Positions 39,351-53,835 of a stretch of 64,000 nt of DNA are shown here, piece after piece (the first letter of the stretch is position 1; each line of letters starts with the position of its first letter). The stretch covers positions 1 to 64,000 of the forward strand of contig JALDZS010000025.1 in assembly GCA_022813965.1 (NCBI GenBank), in the 5' to 3' direction. Under the pieces are notes generated by a model, which was not told the DNA's origin, did no database searches, and was given only the letters and a program-made list of their open reading frames with translations. Origin of the DNA: Toensbergia leucococca (lineage: Eukaryota). A program made the translations under genes and the position numbers.

Positions 39351-39911
39351 TGCTCCTACAGCAGCCGATCATACCTATGAATTCATACCATGGTCAAACC
39401 CACTGTTAATCTGCGATAGTCGACACCTTGCCGGCAAACTCTGGTGAGGGACAGCGCTTAGTGACGCAACACAATGTCGGCTTTTTATAATTAGCCCGAT
39501 AGTAGGTGTGGCAACTCCGACATGCATTGCGCGGCGTATGAAAGGTAGAGACATAGTGCAAGTATGTGGTAGAGCTAGATCGCTCTGGGTGGTATATTTA
39601 CATCGACCAGGCATAGATACCAAGTGGTGCTAGTCAATGTAGATTGTCATACGGAGTACATCTCCTGCCCGCAATTTCAATCACCATGATGGAAGAAGGA
39701 GAGCTCGTGTACTCGTACTCGTAGTGAAGGGCAATATAATTGAGATGCCACGTGATCAGGCGAGATTATCTAACCGAGGCGCGTAAGCGCGTTTACGTTG
39801 TTATGGTCATGGATTTCGTACTCGATGCAATGCTTATCAACGACTTCCTCCGCGCAAATTTCATTTACCACTTAATTGCCAGTACCATGTGAATGAGATT
39901 GCTAGCTCCCC

Positions 39912-42013
39912 ATGCCAGCGTAAGTAGTTCATCAACCTAGTTCTCATCTTCTGACAGTCCGCCAGCCCAGGGCAACAGCATAGCGGTTGCACCACGCCAG
40001 CGAACCCATTCGAAGATCGCATGCCATCCGAAGAACGGAAGGCACATATCAACGAGTATACCGCCCAGCAGATCGCTACGTTGCAGAGTCGCCTGGATAA
40101 GCAACTAGGACCGGAATTCATATCGTCGAGACCAGGAGCTGCCGGACAGAAAGTACATTATTTAGCGGCAGAAAAATGCATCAACTTGGCAAATGACGTT
40201 TTCGGATTCAATGGATGGTCAAGTGCCATTAGGAACATTCAGATCGACTTCGTCAGAGGTACCTTTGCGGTTGAAGTATATACTGAGGCTGATGTAACGC
40301 CAGGTCGACGAAAATAGCACTGGAAAAGTTAGTCTTGGTCTATCTGTCATTGTCAGGGTGACGCTTAGAGACGGCACTTCTCATGAGGTAGGCTAGGCTT
40401 TTGTCTGATAGGAATTTTGAGCGTCATCACTTATGGGACTATCAGGATATCGGTTATGGACACATTGAGAACTGCAAAGGGAAAGCCGCGGCGTTCGAAA
40501 AGGCCAAGAAAGAAGGCACTACGGATGCTTTGAAAAGAGCTCTTCGTAACTTCGGAAACCTTCTCGGAAACTGCATATACGACAAGGACTATCTAGCGAA
40601 GGTCACTAAGCTTAAGATTGCACCTGTACGCAGAACAGCGCTCATTGAATCTTTGCATACTAATCACATAGCAGTCAAATTGGGATGCGGAAAATCTCCA
40701 CAGACATCCTGACTATGTTCCCCTCAAGAAGGAATCGCTCGCCGACACATACCATGAGAATGCTCCCATGAAAAGAGAATGGCTCCCAACGACAGATACC
40801 ACAAAACCTAGTGGCACCTCAAAAATTTGTAAGAATGCTGGTATCCTGCTGCCGGTTGTGACTAATGTATAGTACAGCTTCAGTTGGAGAGCTTGATGAC
40901 GAGTTCGGAAGTATGCGATCCATAAGCTTACTCGTCGTCTTGTACTAATTCTACCAGGCGACGAGTTTGATGAAGCTGATTTCAGCGTTTCGCACGAAGA
41001 CCATCCGGACGAGGTAGTCCTCGAATCGGCCGTATCTGCACATATCGAGAGCGGAGACAATGTACCCACGAAAGACTTGACCGTCGGGTTCCAGGAAGCT
41101 AACAACAGAACTGACCAGCAGCTTCGACCGCCCCATGCGCGGGCAGCGCAAGCACAGCCTGTGTTCTCTGTAGTGGCTTCGGATCCCCAAACACCACTGA
41201 CCGGCAGAACTTCCACGATGGCTCCTCCGACCAAAATCATAGAGGCCCAGAATAGCGGGTTACAAAACCAGCAACCACTCATACCTTCTTTACGCCAGCA
41301 AGGGCATTCTGCCATGAATCTGGCACAACCACCGCCGCTGCGATCTCCACCCGATGGAGCGCCGGGAATGACGAGAGGAGCGCGATCTCTGTCGCACCTG
41401 CCAGCCCCACAGTGCAAAATGGAACCTGAGAACACTGCTCTTGATGGGACATTGCCTCTCGATTCCTCTAGCATGGGGGACCACGAGCCACCTGTGGGCT
41501 TCTTCACTGCCCGTTTCGCGGATTCGATTCAAAACGGAGGAGCTCAACCTTCCGATGCCTCATTATTCAATCCTCATCTAGAGAGCCCCTCCATCCGTAA
41601 AACGGCCGGTGTCGATCATACAAAAACGAAACCAGTAGGGAGAGAAGCCATAGGAACACTGCCTGTAGCGGTTCCACCACGCACAGCTTTTATCAATCCC
41701 CAGATAGACAAGACACGGCGGGTGGGTATGCCTGTTGGAGCCGGGAGTCCATTACAAAATCGAAGTTCATACAAGCCTCCGCAGATGAAACGACCAGCGG
41801 AGAGCAATGGACACCAGTAAGTGAAGTTGCCTGTATTGCATTAGCTTCCATCAGCTCACATTATCCATCAGATATCTACGTCCAGCATTGAGTGATGTCA
41901 CGTCTGCCCTCGTTAACAATGTTCCACCGGACGGCGGTGGAGATGCCAAGCGTCAGAAGACTGGCACGACGCAAGGCATTGTGACTCATCAAGGTGTATG
42001 GAATGAGACATAG
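39912..42013 (+). CDS. RAD52: DNA repair/recombination protein Rad52 (Rad22), multi-exon
   Basis: [90 protein letters not shown]. Confidence 0.96.
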
Positions 42014-42129
42014 TATTTGATGTGATTTTTACCGTTTTGAACCTTTGTTCTTTGGCAGCGTACTTGAAGGCGCTTGGCGTTGCTCCAAGGGGCTTCTTTC
42101 AGGCGGTGCTTTGAACTTACCTAGAATTC

Positions 42130-42900
42130 CCATCACTATCATCCAAGTCTGTCCTACAGCGGCTTCTCGTCTTTCCTCGATGCAATTCAACCCCCTCTCC
42201 CAAAAGTCAACTCCATGACTTCAAACCCCCCCCCAAATTACGTTCACGCCATGACGACTGCAACTCTTTCCGCCCCATCCCTGGCATTCACGCCTCTTTC
42301 CAGCATTAGCTTTCTCCTTCAATCCTCTGTGCCCTGTCAAACCAATACTCCATTCGCCCTCTTCCAGGCTCTCTTTCAGTCTCTCTCCCTGCACCACACC
42401 CGGTGCTCCAAGTGCCCCAAAATTTCGTGGACGGCCGACATGACGAGGACTGGGTCGAGGACAAGGACGAGCCATGTGAAGCCTAAAACAAGGAGCACTG
42501 TCAAGAGTTGGGTGTCGAAACTTGCGGCCACGGTTTGGAACGGAGAACCTGAATACAGGAGCGCTGTCCAGGATGCCCCCCTAGAAACCGAAAAACGGGC
42601 TCGAATCAGTTCATTCAAGAAGGACTCGGGAAAATCATTGCCGCCTGCTAGAATAACCGTGGGTCATGTACTGACCAGACAAATAAGCCAATCGTGGCTG
42701 CTAAGTCCATTACAAAAGCAATAACAGTAGTAATGATACCATCGGTCCTCTGATGTGCCTTCTTTCTATCGTGTTCAATACGTCATAAAGTTCAAAATTA
42801 TGTATACGCATATCACCAAAAATGATAGGAATATCATCCAGAATGCAGACAGTGGATCTCGAGGCTCACACGCCAAGTATGATCACTTGCCTTACACCCT
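42130..42900 (-). pseudogene. Possible decayed multi-pass membrane protein gene
   Basis: Successive hydrophobic segments in shifting minus frames (AFWMIFLSFLVICVYIILNF; GIITTVIAFVMDLAATIGLFVW; LLTVLLVLGFTWLVLVL), broken by stops and frameshifts. Confidence 0.3.
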
Positions 42901-44138
42901 TGCCCGTCTTACATTCTCAGACCAATGTTTGGAGGACACTGTAATTAGCCAAGAGGATGTTTAATATTGTAAAGTACGGGAATAGTCACTAACGCATTCT
43001 CATGAGGCTGGGACGACTTTTTGATCGAAATGCTAGGAGTGGGTGTGTCAAGGGAGCAGACCTGACAATTGGTGGTTGCTGCCTATTTGTACTCCGGATG
43101 AGTGTGTAAGAAAGGTATCTTGTGCCGCGAAGCTCGTGTGAAAGCCAAGATGTTGTGAGCAAAAACGATTTCCGACCGTCTTCGAAGTAGCTTGTACTGC
43201 AAAAGGAAATCATTCATGAATCTAAGCGTGCCTTCTCAGCTTCTGCTTCTACCGTACTGGTAGATACGGAAGTAGCTATCGGAGATTCTCTTTACGAAAG
43301 CCATTGTGTGAGCACGAGTTTGCTTGTCCAAGCCCAGCGTATTTTTTATGGTCAAATCCGCCTCAAAGTTCCCAGGCATGAATTCTTGCACTGAACTGAA
43401 GATTATGCGCCATCCGAGGTCAATTCGAATAAGGCTGTCCTCGTTTGGGGATTCTTAATTGGTATCGGACGGGGCGTCAATGTCTAGCTCTCGTGGGTAT
43501 GTCCCAGTTGGCTCAACAATGGAAGAGTGTACCAAGATAGATGAGCTGGTAAAGAGCAATTGACTGCTAATGGTTTCAGGTTGAATTGGAAGTGAGGTAT
43601 GAGGGGCCTTGTGGGGATTTTCCAGTGGAGAGACATGACATATGGATAGAAGCAAATGAATATTGTTATCCGCCTGTGTGAGGCTTCTAGAGTACTTCTG
43701 TTTTACTACAGATGTAAAACCAAACTCTTCGTTTGCTTTTGTATTGCTCACTGACCGACGAGAGAGCTGAAAAATAATCTGAAAAGGATCTTCCGCGTAA
43801 ACTTACTAGGCCTATATGAGCTTCTCTTACGATGAATGATATATATGCAGAGAAGTGTAAAGGAAGCATGATTATGGATGGCCCGTCAAGATGGAATATT
43901 TTCGCTTGGAGAGATACATCGATCAATACCCGAAAAGTCAGGTCGCATCTCATCGAGGCCTAAAGTCTTTGAACAACGTGCTATCTACCTCATCGTCAAA
44001 CGCTTTTTGTAATCAACAAAATTCTGCTGTTCGCATCTCCGACACATTCGTATTAAAGTACAGCATACGACAGACATGCATAAAGTAGCAATTCTCTGGT
44101 CTTGTACATGAAAATCGGAAGAAGTAGGTCACTCTGAC

Positions 44139-46621
44139 TCACAAGCACTTCTTCCGCGCAATGTCCCACGGGTCCTTGGCATTTACGGCGTTGCCGTCTC
44201 TGGAAGGCCTGTTCGTTCTTTCTCCCAGAAATCCCGTGTCGTTAAGTGCAGATCGTCGAGGTATAGCGGGACCAGTAAACGGTGGGGCAAATCGAGAAGC
44301 TTCAAGACTATGACTGGCATCCGAAACCTGTGGATCGTTGATGACAGGACTCAACGGGAGATTCTCGCGACTTCCATTACTGACTCCGTACTGACGAGCG
44401 ATTGCGCTAGTAGGCATATTAGGAGTCGTCCTTCCAACAAGCGGGGGGCGAGTCACTAAAGCTGGGTTTAGTAAATTTCGCCTGGCTGAAGGAGGGCCAT
44501 ATGAATTTGCAGAAGCAGAGCTTGCTGATTGGGGAGGATCAACATTTGTTGCAGTTATATGCATGTTGATGACTGAAGTGCGGACAGGATCCATTGGGGC
44601 TACAGCGGTTGTATTAGACCTTGCGACATCAGAAGCACTCAGCGTCATAAAGGGATTCCTTGTAGCCCGCTTTCTGACAGGCTCATCGCTGTTTTCCGGG
44701 CGAAGTTGACTGAGTTCAACGATGGGTGGCGATGGATCTTCTCTCATTTTGTCCACCGGTGACATGACATCTGAGGGCTTTGTCTCTGACTCAGTGACGG
44801 CGCTACCAGATGGAAGCAGGTGCTCCCCTACTGTCAGCGTTACTGAGCCTGTTCGGGTCTTGATCTCTACATGAGAAGTCCCTAGGGTTGTAGAATTGCG
44901 GATATGCTCACCAAGAGCGTATGTAGAGCGGGTGAGGTCTGCCAGAAGACCTAACGATCCAAGGGCGTCAGATGAAATTTTATATGGCGCTATAGAATGA
45001 GTGGATGTCTCTGTTGATAGATCCACTGCCAAAGTTTTTAGCTGTGAGTCCAAGTCATTCATGTTGGTCATTGAAGGTTGAGATAGATCAGTCAATGACT
45101 TTTGAAGTGCTTCACCTTGCACCGTAGGCATTTCACGGACGAAATCGGGTTGAGATATGCGTTCTCCAAAGATGCTATGATAATCACGGCGCTCAAAATC
45201 CCCTGCCTCTACATTGCGAGTCCATGTAGCTTGGGGGTCTAACAAATTGGAGAGGTATGGGGCTGCGTCTTCGCCTTGAGGCTTGAAGATTGACACAGGG
45301 GAAACTTCCAACCCAACCAGATCATTCAAATAGGATACCTGATTGGCTCGCACAGGGCTTGATGGAGGAGTATGTCTTCGAACCCCTAATGGGGCAGCAT
45401 CGATTTCTGCGGAGAAAATAACTGGTGCTGGTACCGCATCTGAATCTTCAGCATTAGGCGCTTGAGGAAAGAACGTGCTAAGTTTTCGACCCTCGGTGGG
45501 TATCTCAGACACTCCAGGTGATAGACGAACGACGGGAGGAAAAGGGACAACTGGGGATGGACGGGCCGTTGGATCACTGCTAGTTAAAATTGGAGTAGCA
45601 GCGGACTGGGTATTTCGAGGCTGTACCCGTGCCATGAATTGATCTGGAGAAGCTAGCTGGAACAGCGGAGTGCTAACCTCTGTCAGTTGGAAACATCATC
45701 GTCATCAGTGAGAGATCTTACATCTGTAGTGGAACCGAAAGTGCCTCTACTTGATGCTCCCGGCGTAGCTGACGTCTCAGACGGTCTTCAGATGTTGGTT
45801 TAGAGGTAGTGGTTCCTGGACTCGTGACGACTTTAGGATTCTGAGCGAGTTTGCGTGTCTGAATATTAGTCGAAGTTGATTGGCTTTGAGCACTTTGAGG
45901 TTTAGAAAGAGAGGGTAGGGTGGCGTCTCGGGTTGATCTAGTAGGGACCCTGTGAGCAAATTTAGGAAGAACAGTACCTACTGGCCCTTGACTCGGGCAC
46001 TTACCTTACACGACTCCCTCTCCCGCGTGTACTGGGGAAGCCGCCACCGCGAGTTTCGCGACCACCTCGATGATTGTTTGGACCTGAAATAGTAGTGATT
46101 CTACCATGTATAACATTTTGGGAGCTCATAGGCTGAACAGCTATATCAGCAGCTAGCTTCGCTCGATGAGTCTGGCCTGCTGAAATGTCCTCTAGTCTCT
46201 CTTCAACAGTGCCATCGTCTTGTAGACCCTGCCACGCATCTTCATAGCGCAGTGCAGTAAGTACCACTGAGCTTAATCACCGGTATTGGATTTAAGACTT
46301 ACTGTTCCACCGATCCAGATCGACCCTTCTCTCCTTTGCAACTTGGTATTCTACCGTCCCTGGCCGATTAGCTAACCTTGCAGCTTCGAGAGCTCTCAGA
46401 CTTGTCGAATTCCGCTGATTCTCACGATAATCGTCTTTCGAGATACGTTCCCGACGGTCTGACCCTAAGCTTTCCTGGAAACAACGAATTAGCACGGGTT
46501 AGTTTCAGATGAGTTTTATGAGACGTACTAGTTGTAAAGCATTGAGACGTTCTTCACGCGCCAGTTGCTCTGATGCTGACTCTTCACTAGTGCTCTCACT
46601 GTCAAGTCGATCGTCAGCCAT
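44139..46621 (-). CDS. Large low-complexity hypothetical protein (multi-exon, S/P/T-rich)
   Basis: ATG at 46621 (MADDRLDSES..), GT-AG introns, an exon with EERLEDISAGQTHR and an RGG tract, and a ~500-codon terminal exon. Exon boundaries are approximate. Confidence 0.7.
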
Positions 46622-48375
46622 AGTACAGTCGGTAGGTTTTACGTGCAGATGCACGAGCTCAATGCACGTAAAGCTATGTTTTGACAGGCCACGTTGAGGG
46701 CAAGTCGTACTAAACGAATCGAGTTAGCATCAAGAAACACATTAAATCATCGTAGTAACAGGAACAGTGGATGAGATGTTGCTGTAACTATGTAGTAGAG
46801 TGAGCCCTGGGGATAGTAGGAAAGGCTCTAAACTAGGTGGAGACCTTGCTCTGCTAGATACCTGTACACGCACGACGCGATAGTACTTTTTTAAACATGA
46901 ATCTCACAAAGGTAGAAATTTGTCAGCGTCAGAAGCATGAGAAGGAAACCAACGGGGCTTATAGACTTAACTAAGTTGGCATGAAGGGCTTACCTATCAT
47001 GAGAGTATTTGCACGAAGGTCTCTACCTTTGTCTCTTCTGGATGCTGGAGAAATTCGATTGACGTAAGACGACGAGAGAATCACAGATATGACTCTGTGT
47101 TGGTCTTTGTTCTTAGGGCCTACTTAAGGCCTGTATGCTTTTCAGTGGGAGGTGGTGACTGATGCCAATTCAGAACGATTTGATGTTCTGACGTGCCGAT
47201 GTTAGAGGAAAGAGCTTTCTATCCACAAGGTATGTGACGCTAGGTAGCTCTACGCTGAAGACTTGCGTTGCCGTACGAGTATGACAGTGATAGATGTAAG
47301 TGATAGTTGGGTCTCAAGACGAGGAGGTGAGACGGTATGAGATACTCTTGAGGAGATAAGCATTACAAAGCAGGTAGATTAAGAGAGTTGAACGTTGAAT
47401 TGATCCAAGAAAGATGGGAAGTGTCCTCTTGATAAACCAGGCATCAAGGCAGAGAACCCTAGATGCTTCTTGGGTGCTTCTGGATTACAAGAGAAGATGA
47501 TGCCAGCGTCGAAGATTGTGTTGCGTGTGAAGTGATCGAACCCCGCGGGCTTCCAATTTGCCTTGAGTACAGTGAAGTCAAAATTTCATTCATTTATGCC
47601 GCGTATTTTTTGATGGGGCAGAGAGAACAATATCGTCCAAGCTACCTCCCTCAAGGTAATGAACCAGGAACATGTTAGTCGAATGATTTCAACCTTGGTA
47701 ACAATGCCGTCGATCTAAACCCACTTGACCGTATACGACGACTAATATGGGAGCATTAAAGATCGTCTAAAGCTAGACGGTGTGTTCAAGATCTCGAAAT
47801 GACGCTCCAAATCAAAAGGGTCTGGATTCAGCTAAATGAGCCCCTCCTCAGGAGAGTTTGGCCATCGCAGAGCTTCGAGGTTTAAAGGAGATCTCACTGA
47901 ATCGAGACGAGTTCAAATAATGTACTCAGAAGACCTACTACATAATTAGACTTACACTATGAGATTTACTGCATTACTTTCTCAACGTTTTTTCCCTTTC
48001 CCTCAGGATGTAATAGACACTAGCGTTTCAGGCAGGACAGGGATAGGGCAGCAGCAATCTGGGTTCACGATCTTGGAACAGGCAAAGCATTTGGTGAGCT
48101 TCGAAGTGGTCGTGATCTTCAATGTCACAAAGTGACAAACGAGTGGTGATCTGGAAGGCAGTCGAGGCTCGGGAAGAGGCCTTCTTAATTCATTGCTTGG
48201 CAGTGTAGGGCAGTGCAAAAAGATAAGCCCGAGTCTTTGAATAGGGTGAATATTTCATACGCCATGTTCCCAGGCTGAATCGACGCCCGACTCATCCGGG
48301 AAAACAACGCTCGTCGATTGAAGGTCATCGAAATCAGTATCCATGCATCCAAACTCACCCAGCATCAAGGCTGTT

Positions 48376-50574
48376 TTATTGACAAGTCTGAGCTCTGCCT
48401 TCGTCTAAAATGAGTACACGTTAGTATTCGTTCCTCTCGTAGGCATTGGAAGACTTACTCTTAATAATCTTAGCCATTGCTTGAAAGAGACTAATCCCCA
48501 TGACCACAACTCCAAAGCACACACAGGTTACAGCGGGTACAGTCTTCCAGCTTCGCGTACTTAATTTTATGTAGCATAGGGGTGGCAGAATGTAGGCAAG
48601 AGCACACGCACTTGTTGCACCAATCAACTCGAATACAGCGCCAAGATCACAGGTTAGTAACGACATGGTCATGGCTGCAACGACGAGAGAGGTGGTGAAG
48701 ATAAGATGGCGATTTGGATTCCAAGCTTCATTAGGAAACCAGTAGTTGGTCATGACCTCGCGGCAAACGAATGCTTCAAGAGGAAGCGTAGTGAGCATGT
48801 TCAGGCCGAAGCAGCTGGACTCTTGTTAGCGACATAAGTGAAGGGGCACACATAGTGACCACTCACAACCGAGCGACGTTGACCATGGCGTTGTCAGTTG
48901 GAAAATTATTCAATACATTCCCTAGAGTTTTGTCTCCAAAGGTCAAGAAACCTGCCAAAGCCATGGCTAAACACGCTACCATCGAGATAGACGTAGAGTA
49001 GTGCGTGACTTGGGCAAAACGATCGATAGTGGGCTTCTTTAGAGAGCCGTAGATCAAAAGGCTGTTGTGATCTATGTCAATTTGTCAACGGACGAGGCCG
49101 CGGCTCCATGTAGAGTAAACCTACGGCATACAAAAGCTAGGAGAATTTAGCAGAGTCGGACATCTCGCTGAAGTTCAAAAATCGGTACCAAATGATATGA
49201 CACCAATAGCCTGGAAGACACCGTCTGTAATAATGAAAGAACCTTTGAAGCCTCCTCGAAGTTCTTTTGGGACCTTTGTACCTTGTGTGATAACCGTAAT
49301 TATAATAATCAGCATGCTGATCAAAGCTAATGAAGATGCTTTCGCCAGCTGAAAAAGGTCAGTCCTTCATCTCTTGGACAGGCTTGGGGTCACATTTTAC
49401 TTTTGCGATATCGCGGTATAGAGAAAGGGGATACGAGACACCGAGAATAAACAAGATTATGACAGCCCGTCTGTCTGTGACTATCCATAGAAAAGGAATG
49501 TTGGGCAAAGAAGGAAAAATCGCTATCATAACGTGGGGGATGGTATCGCCGACGATGATGCAAAAAGCTATCATGCCACCAAAAGCACTTCAAATGTACT
49601 CTCGTCAGCGTCATTGGCAGGAGGCGAAGTTGAGTGGGCGTACAAAGCCCATTGAGCAACCTGAGTGGGATTGTCAGAGCTGTGCTCCCAGCTAGGGAGA
49701 GCTACGCACAGAAATGGCAATGAGACCTGATTTTCCGAAGCAGTGCTCCATAGTAGCTTGGAAAGAATTTGCTCCGCTAAGCTTTGAATTGACAACAATT
49801 AATCGGATTGTCCAATCAACCTGGCGTCCGGAATGAGCAGTCAGACCTGTCTTCACATAGCATTTGTAACAAGCATACCGTGATAGTTAACGCGAGTAAA
49901 AGCAATATACCCATAATCAAACCAGCTTGGCGAAACGCGTATGGTTGACCTGTTGGTCCTCATGAGCCACATGAAGTTTTGCAAATAGAAGTGGATGATA
50001 CCGATAATGCCGGCACCTCTGGCGTCATGTTAACTTGATTGTTAGGATCCGCAAATGAAACTTGGCTATCTTACATGATACTGTTTGCCATATTCATGAA
50101 AGCACTGCTCATTCCACTTTTCGGCCTTGCACTCTCCAAGACATCTTCGGCATCAAAGCCCACATGGGCGCTGGCAAGGGTCACACTTGGAGCTTCAATG
50201 CCTGTGAGGAGAGGCGCTCTTTGACCCCTACTGCTCCTACTATTAATCTGAGCATTTCGTGAAAGATAATCTTCGTTTTCAGCCCATTCTTCAGCTTCGT
50301 CACTTGAGTCTTGCACTTTTGTTGTATGTTCGCCACTTCTTTCCTCCTCAATATCAAAACGCACTCTGTTGACAGTACGAGGTGAGCGAGACATGCCGTC
50401 CGTAGACTGGGGGGTGAGCGAGGATTGACGTCGAAATGGTAAAGGAATAGCTGCCCCTGGATGGACTAGGCCATTGCTATGGGGGGAGGAGTCGGACAAC
50501 AAGGAGTGAATTCCTTCTGTTCTAGTAACATCGTGTTCTTGTTCACGGACATCAAGTATATTGTCTCCGGGCAT
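48376..50574 (-). CDS. Aa_trans (AAAP) amino-acid transporter, Avt2/SLC38A11-like
   Basis: SAFMNMANSI/IGAGIIG/QPYAFRQAG; FGGMIAFCIIVGDTIPHV; FAFVCHHNS; GNVLNNFP; NMLTTLPLEAFVCREV; LAYILPPLCY. Confidence 0.92.
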
Positions 50575-51046
50575 AGTGTTATCGTAGCAACATAGTGGAC
50601 AAAGACGTCGAGTCTAGAGGTTTCACGTGTCCGTTCGCTCGTTCCTTTGTTGCCAGTGAGTGTCAAAATTTGAGGTTGTGCTTTGTATCCGTAACTACAG
50701 GTACTCATACTCCGTAGTGTGCTTGTCATTCCTGTGGTAAGATAGACTGCGAGACCGCCAAAAATGTCGATACTGACGCGACTACAGATGCAGGCTGAAA
50801 GCCCCGCTGTTTTATTACCATGTCGAAGAGAAGCAAATGAGCTACTCCGTAAATTGCCATGTTCTCCTGTTCCCAGGCTTGCTCAATTCAATTGAGATAT
50901 CCAAACACCTATGATGCATTTCACGGCTTTGTAGCCTCCCCTCTATGCAATACCTTCCTCTTGACCTTCTTAGATTTTCTCTAAGAATTCCACGCTGCTT
51001 ATGCATCTACGGTACTAAATTCACTACTCGTTTTGTTTCAATCAAA

Positions 51047-52851
51047 TTAAAGAAAGCAACTGGAAAGACAGTACATCACAATCGCACACGACCAGACTCT
51101 GGGCACATGTATTGTGGCTTTTGAAGGCCTGTCATGTTGGGATCCTGCCGAACTTGACGAAGCCGGAGCTGCTGGGCTTGAAGAAACTTTAGGGGCGGAT
51201 GGAGACGGAGATACTGGAAGCAAAAGCGTTGGAGATGAGGAAAGCGGTATGGTTGATTGCGCTGATGACGCTGACAAACTGACTGTGGAAGTCGTAGAGC
51301 CAGGACCATTCGATGATAACTGGGTGGTAGAAGCCGTGGCTTTTATGCCGAAACCTGCATTTGTTTTAGACTTCTTACTTCTTTACGTACTGCTAGAACA
51401 ACTCTAGCTTACCAAGTCTGCTGTTGTCGAAGTCGAACACGGTGTACACATTTTTCAAGAAGACGTCCCCAAGCAGCCACTGATTGGGCCCAAACGTTTG
51501 TCGACCGATGATATTGCTAGAACACAGGTCTCCATTTCCTACGCGACTCCCAAGATAGTCCTTGGAGGAGATGTTGTAGGAGACACCCATGACTGTAATA
51601 TGTATAGGCAATGTGGAGGTGCAGGGGACGTTGAAAACATCTCCGTCTTGTTGAGATTGAGGGATTTGAGCATGGAGTAGCTGTGCATCGGCCGGTGGCA
51701 TCAGCACGAATGACGTGCCGGTGTCTACAATAGCACTCTTGCCTGTGAAATTGCATGACACACCATTGACACCAATATCTTCAATAGCAATCTCCCATAA
51801 TGGACCGTCAGAAACGGTGTCACTGTACGATAGATTACCAATAAATCGTTTCGTATCCGGAGCCCCAAAATTCAATTCGCCGTTGGCATTCCCATCACTA
51901 TTCCGCTGCAGATTGACTCCAAACAAATTGGCTTGAAGAACCTTTGCACTTTCCACAGCTTCCATCACTGTTGGGACATCCATATCGTTGGATTGAGGGC
52001 GTCCGAGCCCCAATATTCCATCCATTGGGTATGCTGAGAAGTCGCTCGAGGTATTTGAAGCCAAGCCGAAAGATAACAGAATAGTGATCCCTGCCACCTG
52101 CATAGTATCGTTGACAATAACACCGCTAACAGATCCGGTACCATAGGTCAAGTTGAAGGGGGTTTGCGTGGCGCGAAAAGTAGAAGAATCCGCATTTCCG
52201 AAGGTATTATGTGACGCACACGCCTTCGTCGTACAATTTGATCCCATGATCCAGGTGTTCGCGGCTCCTAGTTCAGAATTATAATTATTCAAATCATTCT
52301 TGCGCGAAGCATCGGCTAGAAGCTTACCTGTATCTATGAGCATGTACATAATTTTGCCGCTGGATCCTATTTTGACGGCCGAGAAGTATGACAAGTCAAG
52401 CGCATCTTCGTCAATAGCCATGCTGTGAGTCTGTGTTGGTTGCGTTGCGGTGTCTATTTCATAGGTATTTGTACGCTTCACAGGAGTTCCATGCCCCTTT
52501 ACCAAATGCTTTTCTCCCTCACGGTGATATTCTGGTTTTCGTCCTGCGATACTCCAAGGATAAGAGCCTGATTTCATCTGTGCCATCAAAATTAGATATA
52601 TCAAATGAAGTTGGAACTATCACTCTTACAAGAAGCGGACTGCGATCGGTGCTCAATTTCAGATCGTTTCTTTTCCCAATGTGATCTGTAAATACACCAG
52701 ACTTTGCAGACTCGCCAGAAGATGATGATTGTCCATAGGTGCTACTGATTACTGTGGCGGTTCCCACCAACCCTGCCAGCTTGTAGGGATAGGAAGCAAT
52801 TCCAGGGGTGGGCAAAATGCTCAACCAAATGAGCCACGAGCACAAATGCAT
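51047..52851 (-). CDS. Secreted, probably GPI-anchored aspartic endopeptidase (A1 family, CtsD-like)
   Basis: Signal peptide MHLCSWLIWLSILPTPGIA; catalytic LIDTG/AANTW and IVDTGTS; WLLGDVFLKNVYTVFD; S/T-rich tail with a hydrophobic C-terminus. Confidence 0.92.
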
Positions 52852-53835
52852 GCTATGCCAAGGAATAGTGGCGAGAGATGCAGACAAAAATCATTGATCT
52901 CAAGCTCGGTATCTCAAATTCGGATGCAATGTGTGTTTTGCTTTTTGGCCGTGGCTGAAGAATGGATACAAAGTGGGGTTTTTTGGATAAGCTAGAGCCT
53001 GAGGTAAAAGGGAATGATTGATTACGCTGCAGGACTCGGTGATCAAAGTCGTAGGTGTTAGTATCAGAGCGGAAGAATTATTAAATATTATAATTATTGG
53101 TTTTAGGAGATTGAAGTCGAGTTCTATTAGGATATCATACGAGAGGATGTGTGACCGCCATATACACTCAAGCAAATGAGTGTGATGGGTAATGGTTTGT
53201 GAGGAGGAAGTCACAGAAAGTTGAAGGAGTTGAGAGGCAAGAAAAACGTGAAAACGGGTTTAAAAGATGTGGGATGAGGAGAATCAAAAAGTACGAAAAG
53301 GGAAAGCCAAGTAGAACTAGTAGGTAGAATAGGTAAGCTAACCACTCTTAGCCGTGGGAAATTGCCCCTTGCACATGAAATTCCCACCAACGATCGGAAA
53401 ATTACCTCTCTTGTTCAAACACCACCCAATAACTTCAACTGCCTATCGAACAACACTTTGGAAGCATGCCTGTTCTCTAATTCGAATAACAAACCTCTGT
53501 TGCTCTGTGCCGAACCTTGGCGCCTCGAAGATATTCATTCAGCCTCGCCCATTCCCAGGTGCTTGCAATCTCAGCAACAATGCAGAGAAGACCGCTTAGA
53601 CGCCCCTTCATATCTGCTACCAAAAAGCAAATGCTGAGCATGATCAGAAGAGGGACGTTTCAGATAAAGTTAACTTCACCCTGGATATTTGGTTGCTTGA
53701 AATGATTCAGACTGAGGCTTGTTTTCAACAACAAGGGGTCTTGACTCATCAACAGATCAATTTCTGTACATGAAAGCTAATAGAGCGCTCCAACTAAGCT
53801 GATATATCCACCAGCTAACAAGATCGCGGCGTCAC

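Noticed and set aside
42215..42724. 169-aa plus-strand ORF
   Set aside because: No recognisable motif or promoter space. It overlaps the putative decayed minus-strand gene, so it cannot be supported as a CDS.
46700..48350. Possible ncRNA, tRNA or gene in a long intergenic region
   Set aside because: No tRNA cloverleaf or A/B boxes and no coherent ORF found by eye. An Infernal/tRNAscan search would be needed.
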